64,000 bases of DNA. Source: Escherichia coli. Lineage in GTDB: Bacteria > Pseudomonadota > Gammaproteobacteria > Enterobacterales > Enterobacteriaceae. Every line of letters begins with the position of its first letter. The stretch's first letter is position 1. The notes under the pieces are model-generated. The model saw only the letters and a program-made list of their open reading frames with translations. It did not search any database and was not told where the DNA came from. The position numbers and the translations under genes were made by a program. Location: NCBI RefSeq assembly GCF_050920415.1, contig NZ_CP169309.1; one strand, written 5' to 3'. Below are positions 23,952-33,215 of this stretch, in pieces.

Positions 23952-25213
23952 TGAAAAAATTTCTTCAGGTAACTATATTATCCGCTATCTATACATTCAT
24001 TAAAATGATTGCGGGTTTTATCATCGGTAAGGTAGTAGCAATTTATACAGGGCCATCAGGGGTAGCAATGCTTGGCCAAGTGCAAAGTTTAATCACAATA
24101 GTTGCAGGTACTACTTCTGCACCTGTAAGCACCGGTCTTGTTCGATATACTGCGGAAAATTGGCAAGAAGGACAGGAAGCATGCGCGCCATGGTGGCGCG
24201 CATGCTTAAGGGTTACTCTGTTTTTATTCTTGCTTATTATTCCCGTTGTTATTTTATTGTCGAAAAATATTAGCGAGTTACTTTTTAGCGATGGACAATA
24301 CACATGGTTAATCATTTTCGCATGTTGTATATTGCCATTCTCCATTTTAAATACATTGATCGCTTCAGTTTTAAATGGTCAACAATTCTATAAGCAATAT
24401 ATATTGGTTGGGATGTTTTCTGTATTCATTTCTACTATGTTTATGATTTTGTTGATTGTAGCTTATAATCTTAAAGGTGCATTGATTGCCACGGCTATAA
24501 ATAGTGCTATTGCTGGTCTTGTATTAGTTTTATTTTGTCTCAATAAATCTTGGTTTAGATTTAAATATTGGTGGGGTAAAACGGATAAAGACAAAATTAT
24601 AAAAATTATTCATTATACTCTGATGGCTTTGGTTTCTGTTATCTCCATGCCTACAGCATTGATGTGTATTAGAAAAATATTGATTGCTAAAACTGGTTGG
24701 GAGGATGCAGGGCAATGGCAGGCCGTATGGAAGATATCTGAGGTCTATCTTGGTGTTGTGACAATTGCTTTGTCAACATATTTCTTACCAAGATTGACAA
24801 TTATAAAAACAAGTTTCCTTATAAAAAAAGAGGTAAATAGTACTATATTATACATAGTATCTATTACTTCATTCATGGCGTTGAGTATCTATTTATTCCG
24901 CGATTTGGTAATAACAGTTTTATTTACTGAACAGTTTCGCTCAGCTCGTGAATTATTTTTGTTACAACTCGTAGGGGATGTAATAAAAATTGCTGGTTTT
25001 CTTTATGCATACCCTCTTCAAAGTCAGGGGCATACTAAACTATTCATCAGTTCAGAAGTGATTTTTTCTATGCTCTTTATCGTTACCACCTATATTTTTG
25101 TTGTAAATTATGGAGTACATGGTGCTAACATAAGTTATGTCATTACATATAGTTTATATTTTGTGTTTGCATTTGTGTTTACTAATTTTATTAATGTCAG
25201 AAGAATTAATTAA
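23951..25213 (+). CDS. wzx: O-antigen flippase Wzx
   Basis: 420-aa, about 12-TM, AT-rich membrane protein immediately after the sugar-nucleotide genes. Confidence 0.8.
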   Translation: MKKFLQVTILSAIYTFIKMIAGFIIGKVVAIYTGPSGVAMLGQVQSLITIVAGTTSAPVSTGLVRYTAENWQEGQEACAPWWRACLRVTLFLFLLIIPVVILLSKNISELLFSDGQYTWLIIFACCILPFSILNTLIASVLNGQQFYKQYILVGMFSVFISTMFMILLIVAYNLKGALIATAINSAIAGLVLVLFCLNKSWFRFKYWWGKTDKDKIIKIIHYTLMALVSVISMPTALMCIRKILIAKTGWEDAGQWQAVWKISEVYLGVVTIALSTYFLPRLTIIKTSFLIKKEVNSTILYIVSITSFMALSIYLFRDLVITVLFTEQFRSARELFLLQLVGDVIKIAGFLYAYPLQSQGHTKLFISSEVIFSMLFIVTTYIFVVNYGVHGANISYVITYSLYFVFAFVFTNFINVRRIN

Positions 25214-25222
25214 AAACAGAGG

Positions 25223-26278
25223 TTGAAATTGAAAATAATTATACCTGTCTTAGGATTTGGCAGGGCTGGTGGTGAAAGAGTTCTTTCTAAGCTGGCAACT
25301 GAATTGATGAATTATGGACATGATGTAAGTTTTGTTGTTCCAGATAATAGAACTAATCCATATTATGCTACCACAGCAAAAATCGTCACGAGTAAATCTA
25401 GTCAAAACCGTGTAAAAATATTGAGAATCATTAAAAATTACTATAATCTGTGGCGTAAATGCATAGAATTAAATCCTGATGCTGTAGTTGCTAGTTTTCA
25501 TTTGACTGCCTATCTTGTCGCATTATTACCAATCACCCGTCGTAAGAAATATTATTATATTCAGGCGTATGAAGTTAATTTTTTTGATAATATAATATGG
25601 AAATTAATAGCGGGTTTAACATATTATTTACCGCTTAAAAAAATACTAAATAGTCCTAATTTGCTTCCTCATAAACATGATGATTTTATAGGAGTAGTTC
25701 CTGCAGGAGTAGATTTAAACGTTTTCTATCCGAAACCATCAAATAGGTTATTAAATGGTCACACATCAATAGGGATTATTGGTAGAAAAGAGAAGCACAA
25801 AGGAACTAGCGAAATTATTTCAGTATTGTGTTCACTGGAAAATAAAGTTGGAATTATAATTAATATTGCGATCTATCTTGAAGAAGTTGATAAGGAGCGT
25901 TTAATTGCTGCCGGGTTTCAGGTTAATTTTTTTCCGATTACTTCTGATTTAGAATTGGCATCTTTTTATCGAAGCAATGACATCATGATTGCAGCTGGGT
26001 TAATTGAAGATGGCGCTTTCCATTATCCTTGTGCTGAATCAATGGCTTGTGGTTGTCTTGTTATTTCAAATTATGCGCCACTTACTGAAACTAACAGTGT
26101 ACTTAAATTAGTCAAGTTTGATGCTTGCAAACTTGGTAAAGCAATTAATCTTTGTCTCAATCTTGACCTAGAAGAAAAAAGCAAAGAAATCCAATCTAAT
26201 ATTTCTGTGTTGAATAAATATGACTGGAAAATTGTTGGTGAAACTTTCAATAGTTTATTGTTAGATGCAAATAAATAG
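25223..26278 (+). CDS. O-antigen glycosyltransferase (GT1/GT4-like)
   Basis: About 350-aa ORF with non-ATG start (TTG at 25223 or 25229; AGAGG RBS at 25217-25221 favours 25229); N-terminus KIIIPVLGFGRAGGERV... typical of GT4-like transferases. Confidence 0.7.
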   Translation: MKLKIIIPVLGFGRAGGERVLSKLATELMNYGHDVSFVVPDNRTNPYYATTAKIVTSKSSQNRVKILRIIKNYYNLWRKCIELNPDAVVASFHLTAYLVALLPITRRKKYYYIQAYEVNFFDNIIWKLIAGLTYYLPLKKILNSPNLLPHKHDDFIGVVPAGVDLNVFYPKPSNRLLNGHTSIGIIGRKEKHKGTSEIISVLCSLENKVGIIINIAIYLEEVDKERLIAAGFQVNFFPITSDLELASFYRSNDIMIAAGLIEDGAFHYPCAESMACGCLVISNYAPLTETNSVLKLVKFDACKLGKAINLCLNLDLEEKSKEIQSNISVLNKYDWKIVGETFNSLLLDANK

Positions 26279-26298
26279 TATACGTTGATGGGGAAAAT

Positions 26299-26856
26299 AT
26301 GAATATTGTTAAAACTGATATTCCAGATCTGATCGTTCTTGAACCAAAAGTGTTTAGTGATGAACGCGGCTTTTTTATGGAGAGTTATAATCAGATTGAA
26401 TTTGAGAAGACAATAGGAAGGCACGTAAATTTTGTTCAGGATAATCATTCAAAATCTAGTAAAGGCGTACTACGTGGGTTACATTATCAATTAGCACCGT
26501 ATGCACAGGCTAAATTAGTTCGATGTGTTGTAGGTCAGGTATTTGATGTTGCTGTTGATCTTAGAAAAAATTCACCAACGTTCAAAAAATGGTTTGGAAT
26601 AACCCTTTCCGCAGAAAATAAACGACAATTATGGATACCTGAAGGATTTGCTCATGGTTTCTTGGTGACCAGTGATGAAGCTGAGTTCATTTATAAAACA
26701 ACGAACTACTATGCTCCTGGTCATCAGCAAGCAATTATTTACAATGATCCTATTTTAAACATCGATTGGCCTTTCTGCAGTAGTGCTCTGTCATTATCGC
26801 AAAAAGATCAAGAAGCAAAATTATTTTCAGAATTATTGGACAGTGAACTGTTCTAA
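26299..26856 (+). CDS. rmlC: dTDP-4-dehydrorhamnose 3,5-epimerase
   Basis: 185-aa ORF MNIVKTDIPDLIVLEPKVFSDERGFFMESYN...; canonical RmlC cupin; separated from rmlBDA. Confidence 0.92.
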   Translation: MNIVKTDIPDLIVLEPKVFSDERGFFMESYNQIEFEKTIGRHVNFVQDNHSKSSKGVLRGLHYQLAPYAQAKLVRCVVGQVFDVAVDLRKNSPTFKKWFGITLSAENKRQLWIPEGFAHGFLVTSDEAEFIYKTTNYYAPGHQQAIIYNDPILNIDWPFCSSALSLSQKDQEAKLFSELLDSELF

Positions 26857-26923
26857 TAAAGTGTGCCACCTTATCCGTCTGAAGGATAGGTGGTTGCTTA
26901 TATTTTTTGAGTATGTTTGTATA

Positions 26924-27886
26924 ATGACAGAAAATAGTCCGAAATATAAACACGATAAAAGCTTAATAAGTTTTATCTACTTATTTTTTATATTTACACT
27001 TATTGTAGGCTTCATTATCGCAAATACCCAGTTTTTGGGGCGAAGTAGAGACTATGATAATTATATACAGATCTTTTCTGGTGAAGAAGGGGAGGGGGTT
27101 CTTGAATTATTTTATCGCGGATTGATGTTAATAACGACCAGCTATGAAATTATCATTTTTATAATTTTAACATGTTCTTTTTTTATAAAGGCAAGGTTTC
27201 TTGCTAACTATTCGCGTAATTTTTCAGGCTTGACCTTATTCTTTGTTTATTATGCAAGCGTTGCACTTTGGGTTTTAGATTATACTCAATTCAGAAATGG
27301 TCTATGTATTTCCATTTTAATGTTTTCCGTATACTATTTATTTATAAATAAACCGACTTATTTTTATTTCTCGCTATTATGTGCAATTGCAACTCATTGG
27401 TCTGCTTTGCCTTTTTTGCTTTTATATCCTTTTGTCTATTCAAAAAAAATAAGACACCTTGGTTATTTTTGTTTCAGTATTCTTGTTTTGATTGCGATCT
27501 CAGGAGAAGGAAAAGAGATCATTTCTTTTATAAGAAATTTTGGAGTGGGACAAAAAATAGGAAACGAAGCTGGTGTAAATTTAATAAATTCATTATCCCT
27601 TACCGCTATTTTCTGGTTTGTTATTAGTTACATATCAAGCATTGGAAATGAAAGGAGAAATTTAAGACTTTTCTTTTGTTATGGTGTCATGCAATACGTG
27701 ACTTTTAGCCTTTTCTCTCTACCTGTTATGGCTTTCCGTATTTTGGAAATGTATTTTTTCCTTATGTTAACCATTGGGGTGTTTATTAAGCAAAAAAAGA
27801 ATTATTATTTTGTTTTTTGCAAAGTGTTAATTTTATTGTATCTAACATACTATTATCATATGGTTTTTGGAGTGATTAATGTGTAA
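26924..27886 (+). CDS. wzy: O-antigen polymerase Wzy
   Basis: Listed ORF starts at 26783; ATG at 26924 (MTENSPKYKHDKSLISFIYLFF...) gives about 320 aa; very AT-rich, multi-TM, with a large predicted loop. Confidence 0.7.
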   Translation: MTENSPKYKHDKSLISFIYLFFIFTLIVGFIIANTQFLGRSRDYDNYIQIFSGEEGEGVLELFYRGLMLITTSYEIIIFIILTCSFFIKARFLANYSRNFSGLTLFFVYYASVALWVLDYTQFRNGLCISILMFSVYYLFINKPTYFYFSLLCAIATHWSALPFLLLYPFVYSKKIRHLGYFCFSILVLIAISGEGKEIISFIRNFGVGQKIGNEAGVNLINSLSLTAIFWFVISYISSIGNERRNLRLFFCYGVMQYVTFSLFSLPVMAFRILEMYFFLMLTIGVFIKQKKNYYFVFCKVLILLYLTYYYHMVFGVINV

Positions 27887-28766
27887 GGCTAAGGTGTTGG
27901 CTATAATTGTTACTTACAACCCGGAAATTATTCGTTTGACGGAATGTATTAACTCTTTAGCCCCACAAGTTGAGAGAATAATTCTTGTAGATAATGGCTC
28001 AAATAATAGTCATTTGATAAAAAATATCATTATTAATAACCTTGAAATTATTTTGCTTTCGGAAAACAAAGGCATTGCATTTGCTCAGAACCATTGTGTT
28101 AAGAAGGGTCTGGAAGCAAAAGAGTTTGACTATTTATTTTTCTCAGATCAGGATACTTGCTTTCCTAGCGATGTTATTGAAAAACTTAAGAGTACATTTA
28201 CGAAAAATAATAAAAAAGGTAAAAATGTTGCTTGTGCTTCTCCTTTTTTTAAAGACCATCGTTCAAATTATATGCATCCGTCAGTCAGCCTAAATATTTT
28301 TACGAGTACAAAAGTTATATGTAGTGAAGTAGACGATGATCTTTATCCCTCGCATGTTATTGCTTCTGGGATGTTAATGTCTCGCGAGGCATGGCGCGTC
28401 GTCGGACCATTTTGTGAAAAACTCTTTATAGACTGGGTTGATACAGAATGGTGTTGGCGTGCATTAGCTAATAGTATGATTATTGTTCAGACACCATCAG
28501 TCATCATTTCTCATGAACTTGGGTATGGGCAGAAAATTTTTGCTGGTCGATCTGTTACAATACATAATTCTTTCAGAAATTTTTATAAAATACGTAATGC
28601 AATATACTTAATGCTGCATTCAAATTATAGCTTCAAGTATCGTTATCATGCTTTTTTTCATGCGACAAAGAATATTGTATTTGAAATTTTATATTCGAAA
28701 GAAAAATTAAATTCACTGAAGGTTTGTTTTAAAGCTGTACGTGATGGTATGTTCAATAATTTTTAA
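27879..28766 (+). CDS. O-antigen glycosyltransferase, GT2 family (probable rhamnosyltransferase)
   Basis: 295-aa ORF; N-terminus LAIIVTYNPE...VDNGSNNS and a DxD-like region (FFSDQDT) typical of GT2. Confidence 0.72.
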   Translation: MCKAKVLAIIVTYNPEIIRLTECINSLAPQVERIILVDNGSNNSHLIKNIIINNLEIILLSENKGIAFAQNHCVKKGLEAKEFDYLFFSDQDTCFPSDVIEKLKSTFTKNNKKGKNVACASPFFKDHRSNYMHPSVSLNIFTSTKVICSEVDDDLYPSHVIASGMLMSREAWRVVGPFCEKLFIDWVDTEWCWRALANSMIIVQTPSVIISHELGYGQKIFAGRSVTIHNSFRNFYKIRNAIYLMLHSNYSFKYRYHAFFHATKNIVFEILYSKEKLNSLKVCFKAVRDGMFNNF

Positions 28767-28796
28767 TACAAAAATAGTTAGGCTCAAGGTGTTTAA

Positions 28797-29873
28797 ATGG
28801 AAGAAAATAATATGAAGACGGTCGCTGTAGTTGGCACAGTGGGTGTTCCTGCTTGTTATGGTGGGTTTGAATCACTTGTTCAGAATCTAATTGATTATCA
28901 ATCTGATGGTATACAATATCAGATATTTTGCTCTTCAAAAAAATATAATAAAAAATTAAAAAATTATAAAAATGCAGAATTAATCTATTTGCCGATAAAT
29001 GCCAATGGCGTCTCTAGCATAATTTATGACATTATGTGTTTAATTATTTGTTTATTCAAAAGGCCAGATGTTGTTTTAATATTGGGGGTATCTGGTTGTT
29101 TATTTCTACCAATTTATAAACTATTTTCAAAATCAAAGATCATTGTCAACATCGATGGGCTTGAATGGCGTAGAAATAAATGGGGAACGTTTGCTAAGAA
29201 ATTTCTCAAAATATCTGAGGCGATATCTATTAGAATAGCTGATATTATCATTTCAGATAATCAAGCAATAGCTGATTATGTGGAAAATAAGTACAATAAA
29301 AAAAGCGTAGTTATAGCTTATGGGGGAGATCATGCTACTAATCTTAGTACACCGATAGACGATGATCAAAAAAAAGATGGTTATTATTTGGGGCTTTGTA
29401 GGATAGAGCCTGAGAATAATATAGAAATGATTTTGAATGCCTTCATTAATACAGATAAAAAAATTAAATTTATGGGTAATTGGGATAATAGCGAGTATGG
29501 GCGCCAGCTAAAAAAATATTATTCAAACTATCCAAATATCACACTACTAGAACCTAACTATAATATCGAAGAACTTTATAAACTAAGAAAAAATTGCCTT
29601 GCATACATTCATGGACACTCGGCTGGTGGAACAAACCCTTCTTTAGTTGAAGCGATGCATTTTAATATTCCTATTTTTGCTTTCGATTGTGACTTTAATC
29701 GTTACACAACTAATAATTTAGCTCATTACTTTAATGATTCTGAACAACTGACCTCATTAGCAGACAGTTTGTCTTTTGGAAATCTTAAATGTCAAGTATT
29801 AGATTTAAAAAAATATGCTGAAGATATGTATAACTGGAGGCATATAGCTGCTATGTATGAATCTATTTATTAA
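28797..29873 (+). CDS. O-antigen glycosyltransferase (GT1-like)
   Basis: 358-aa ORF (alternative start MKTVAVVG at 28812); GT1-like C-terminal motifs; last gene of the O-unit block. Confidence 0.68.
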   Translation: MEENNMKTVAVVGTVGVPACYGGFESLVQNLIDYQSDGIQYQIFCSSKKYNKKLKNYKNAELIYLPINANGVSSIIYDIMCLIICLFKRPDVVLILGVSGCLFLPIYKLFSKSKIIVNIDGLEWRRNKWGTFAKKFLKISEAISIRIADIIISDNQAIADYVENKYNKKSVVIAYGGDHATNLSTPIDDDQKKDGYYLGLCRIEPENNIEMILNAFINTDKKIKFMGNWDNSEYGRQLKKYYSNYPNITLLEPNYNIEELYKLRKNCLAYIHGHSAGGTNPSLVEAMHFNIPIFAFDCDFNRYTTNNLAHYFNDSEQLTSLADSLSFGNLKCQVLDLKKYAEDMYNWRHIAAMYESIY

Positions 29874-30039
29874 ACGCATTAACAATAATATAATTGACCT
29901 TATATAGCTATCAGAGTAAAAATGTAACGCTGATTTTTTTGTTAAATGATGCGCATTATATATTTAATGATTAAAATACTCTTGATCAAATAAAACTATT
30001 TAATTAATAATGTAAAATTTCATTATGCTATTTAAGATG

Positions 30040-30108
30040 TGAAAAATAACTTAAATAAATGATGGGATATATTTATATTATCCCGGTTATAGACAAGCCC
30101 AGGGAAAG
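30040..30108 (+). repeat. Degenerate duplicate of the 5' end of the H-repeat (ISAs1) transposase gene
   Basis: 30057-30108 (aaatgatgggatatatttatattatcccggttatagacaagcccagggaaag) is about 85% identical to 30257-30308 inside the transposase ORF; the ATG equivalent is mutated. Confidence 0.6.
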
Positions 30109-30244
30109 ATCATCAGAAGTACACTTTTTGTACTAAATAATTCGCATTTTATGTTTAAAAATATGAGATATTCCTCATTACCTGAAGCTGTTTTTTATTG
30201 CTTATACATGATCAAATACTCCTTACATAATTAAGGAGAACAAA

Positions 30245-31381
30245 ATGGAACTTAAAAAATTGATGGAACATATTTCTATTATCCCCGATTACAGACAAGC
30301 CTGGAAAGTGGAACATAAATTATCGGATATTCTACTGTTGACTATTTGTGCCGTCATTTCTGGTGCAGAAGGCTGGGAAGATATAGAGGATTTTGGAGAA
30401 ACACATCTCGATTTTTTGAAGCAATATGGTGATTTTGAAAATGGTATTCCTGTTCACGATACCATTGCCAGAGTTGTATCCTGTATCAGTCCTGCAAAAT
30501 TTCACGAGTGCTTTATTAACTGGATGCGAGATTGCCATACTTCAGATGATAAAGACGTCATCGCAATTGATGGAAAAACACTCCGGCATTCTTATGACAA
30601 GAGTCGCCGTAAGGGAGCGATTCATGTCATTAGTGCGTTCTCAACAATGCACAGTCTGGTCATCGGACAGATCAAGACGGATGAGAAATCCAATGAGATT
30701 ACAGCCATCCCTGAACTTCTTAACATGTTGGATATTAAAGGGAAAATTATCACAACTGATGCGATGGGTTGCCAGAAAGATATTGCAGAGAAGATACAAA
30801 AACAGGGAGGTGATTATTTATTCGCTGTAAAAGGAAATCAGCGTCGGCTTAATAAAGCCTTTGAAGAAAAATTCCCACTGAAAGAATTAAATAATCCAGA
30901 GCATGACAGTTATGCAATTAGTGAAAAGAGTCACGGCAGAGAAGATATCCGTCTTCATATTGTTTGCGATGACCCTGATGAACTTATTGATTTCACGTTT
31001 GAATGGAAAGGACTGAAAAAATTATGCGTGGCAGTCTCCTTTCGCTCAATAATAGCAGAGCAAAAGAAAGAGCCCGAAATGATGGTCAGATATTATATCA
31101 GTTCTGCTGATTTAACCGCTGAGAAGTTTGCGACAGCGATTTGAAATCACTGGCACGTGGAGAATAAGCTGCACTGGCGTCTGGACGTGGTAATGAATGA
31201 AGACGATTGTAAAATAAGAAGAGGAAATGCAGCAGAATTATTTTCTGGGATACGGCACATTGCTATTAATATTTTGACGAATGATAAGGTATTCAAGACA
31301 GGATTAAGACGTAAGATGCGAAAAGCAGCCATGGACAGAAACTATCTCGCGTCAGTCCTTGCGGGGAGCGGGCTTTACTAG
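30245..31381 (+). mobile_element. ISAs1-family (H-repeat-associated) transposase gene interrupted by a single in-frame TGA (pseudogene)
   Basis: 299-aa ORF (30245-31144) and 74-aa ORF (31157-31381) are in the same frame, separated only by TGA at 31142-31144; the combined about 378-aa product has the ISAs1 motif ...[21 protein letters not shown]... with the stop at a conserved Arg position. Confidence 0.8.
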
Positions 31382-31453
31382 TCCTTCCTCGCTCAGTGAC
31401 AGAATATTGAATGAATAGCATTAAAATTATTAAATAATATGGTTTAATTCGAC

Positions 31454-33081
31454 ATGAACTTTAAGAATATAATTAGAATAATACTACCTTTTTTTATTTT
31501 CTTGAGTATTTTACTTTACTCAGGAAGGGCGGATAGTGTTTTGTTATTTACTATCGAATACACACTTGCAAGTATGGCAATCTTTCTGATAAAAAGAAAG
31601 TTTATAAGCAATATCTTGTGGGGGATTTATCTCTCAATTTTAGGTGTACAGGCAGCATCGCTATTTAGTTCAGGACAATATTTGATGCCTCTTGCCTTGT
31701 CGAATGCTGCAGAAGTTGAATCGCTAGGCATTGGCGAGGTAATCAAGGTTTTTTCTATTTTTATTTTATTTGTTATAGTTTCATTCGTTACGATGCCTTC
31801 TGGTGCTCTAGTCGGCCGTATTAAATATTATAAATTTAATTTTTTCTGTATAGTATTATTGCTTGTGTGTTCTTTCATAAGCACGGGACCGGTATATGCT
31901 TTTTATGAAACAGCAAAATTGTACTATTTACAGCAAACCTTTAAGCCTAGTGAGAAGATCGGTGATGCCGGGAAATCTTTTTTAAAAACAAGTGTTTTTA
32001 TTAACCCTCTACAGAATAACAACAACTTCAAAGGGCGTAATGTTATTGTAATCTTTGCTGAGGGATTTTCATCGGAGATTATTGGTAATTCAAAAATGGC
32101 GCATTTTCCAATTACGCCTAATTTAGATAAGTTATCTACTGAAGCACTAAGTTTTAAAAATTATTATAACCATACAGCAGTAACCTTTCGAGGTTTAAGA
32201 GGCCAGTTAACTTCTGGCTATCAATTTCGTGATGGGTTAACTGATGCTGGTACTGGTATTGCACAATTATCTAACGTAGAAATTAATAATATTTATCTTC
32301 ATCGTCAAACATCTTTGCCGAATATATTGAAAGAGTATGGCTATAAAAGTTATTTTATAGCGTCTACAGAAAAAATAGCCCACTCAACACTATGTTGAAA
32401 ACGCTTAATTTTGATAAAGTTCTTGGTATGGGAGATTTTATTGGTTATCAACGCGACAGAATGACTGATAAGCAAACATTTAATGCACTGCAATATTTTT
32501 TACGTTCTCAAGAAAATAAAAACGAACGCTTTTTTATTGGTGTGTACCCATCTGGTACTCATCATGGTCAAGATAGTCCAAATGAAAAATATTTTGATGG
32601 TAGCAATCCTCTCTACAATAAATTCTATAACTATGATTTTCAGTTGGGGAAGTTTGTTGATTTTTTTCGGCGCAGTTCATTTTATGGCAATACGTTGTTG
32701 ATAATTACATCGGATCATTCTACATTTCCTTCGACAGAATATAAGAAATCATTTAACAGCGATTCTCGTTATTTTGTGGACAAAATACCATTTCTGATCA
32801 TTGGGAAAAATATTACGCCTGAAGTTTTAGATGCAGGAGGTGAAAATTCTTTAAGTTTCGCGCCAACAATATTGCACATGTTAGGGATTCAGTATTCAAT
32901 GAATTATTTTTTGGGGTGTTCTCTTTTTGATAAGACGTGCACATCACCATTCTCACATCTTTCTGCTATTGGTAGTGATTATTTCAATACAGGCAAAGAA
33001 AATCATGTTGAACTAATTCAAAATAATAGTGGTAATGAATTAATAAAATTAGCCGAACGTTTTTATAACATTAGTGGCTAA
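31454..33081 (+). pseudogene. Sulfatase/alkaline-phosphatase-superfamily membrane enzyme (LtaS/phosphoglycerol- or phosphoethanolamine-transferase-like), frameshifted
   Basis: 314-aa ORF (31454-32398) has N-terminal TM helices then a sulfatase-like domain (NVIVIFAEGFSSE...); the domain continues in another frame as a 229-aa ORF (32392-33081; ...LLIITSDHSTFPS...); frame change lies near an A6 run at 32370-32375. Confidence 0.6.
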
Positions 33082-33215
33082 ATATAAAAATGTACAAGTT
33101 ACAAGCAATTTCCTAATTAGGAAATATATGACTGTAAAAGAAGATATAAATTAAGCTATTCTTTATCTTCAATAAGCCGCAACCCCGCGGTGATCACCCC
33201 TGACAGGAGTAAACA

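Noticed and set aside
29874-30244. AT-rich 370-bp non-coding stretch after the last glycosyltransferase, considered as a CRISPR leader/array or small RNA
   Set aside because: No regularly spaced direct repeats; the only repeat is the degenerate H-repeat 5' fragment, reported separately.
30426-30830. 134-aa alternative-frame ORF inside the H-repeat transposase gene
   Set aside because: Overlaps the real transposase frame, which has strong family-level similarity; the alternative frame has none.
32370-32400. Programmed ribosomal frameshift in the sulfatase-like gene
   Set aside because: No canonical slippery heptamer plus downstream structure; a homopolymer indel (pseudogene or sequencing error) is the simpler explanation, though phase variation remains possible and is noted in the finding.
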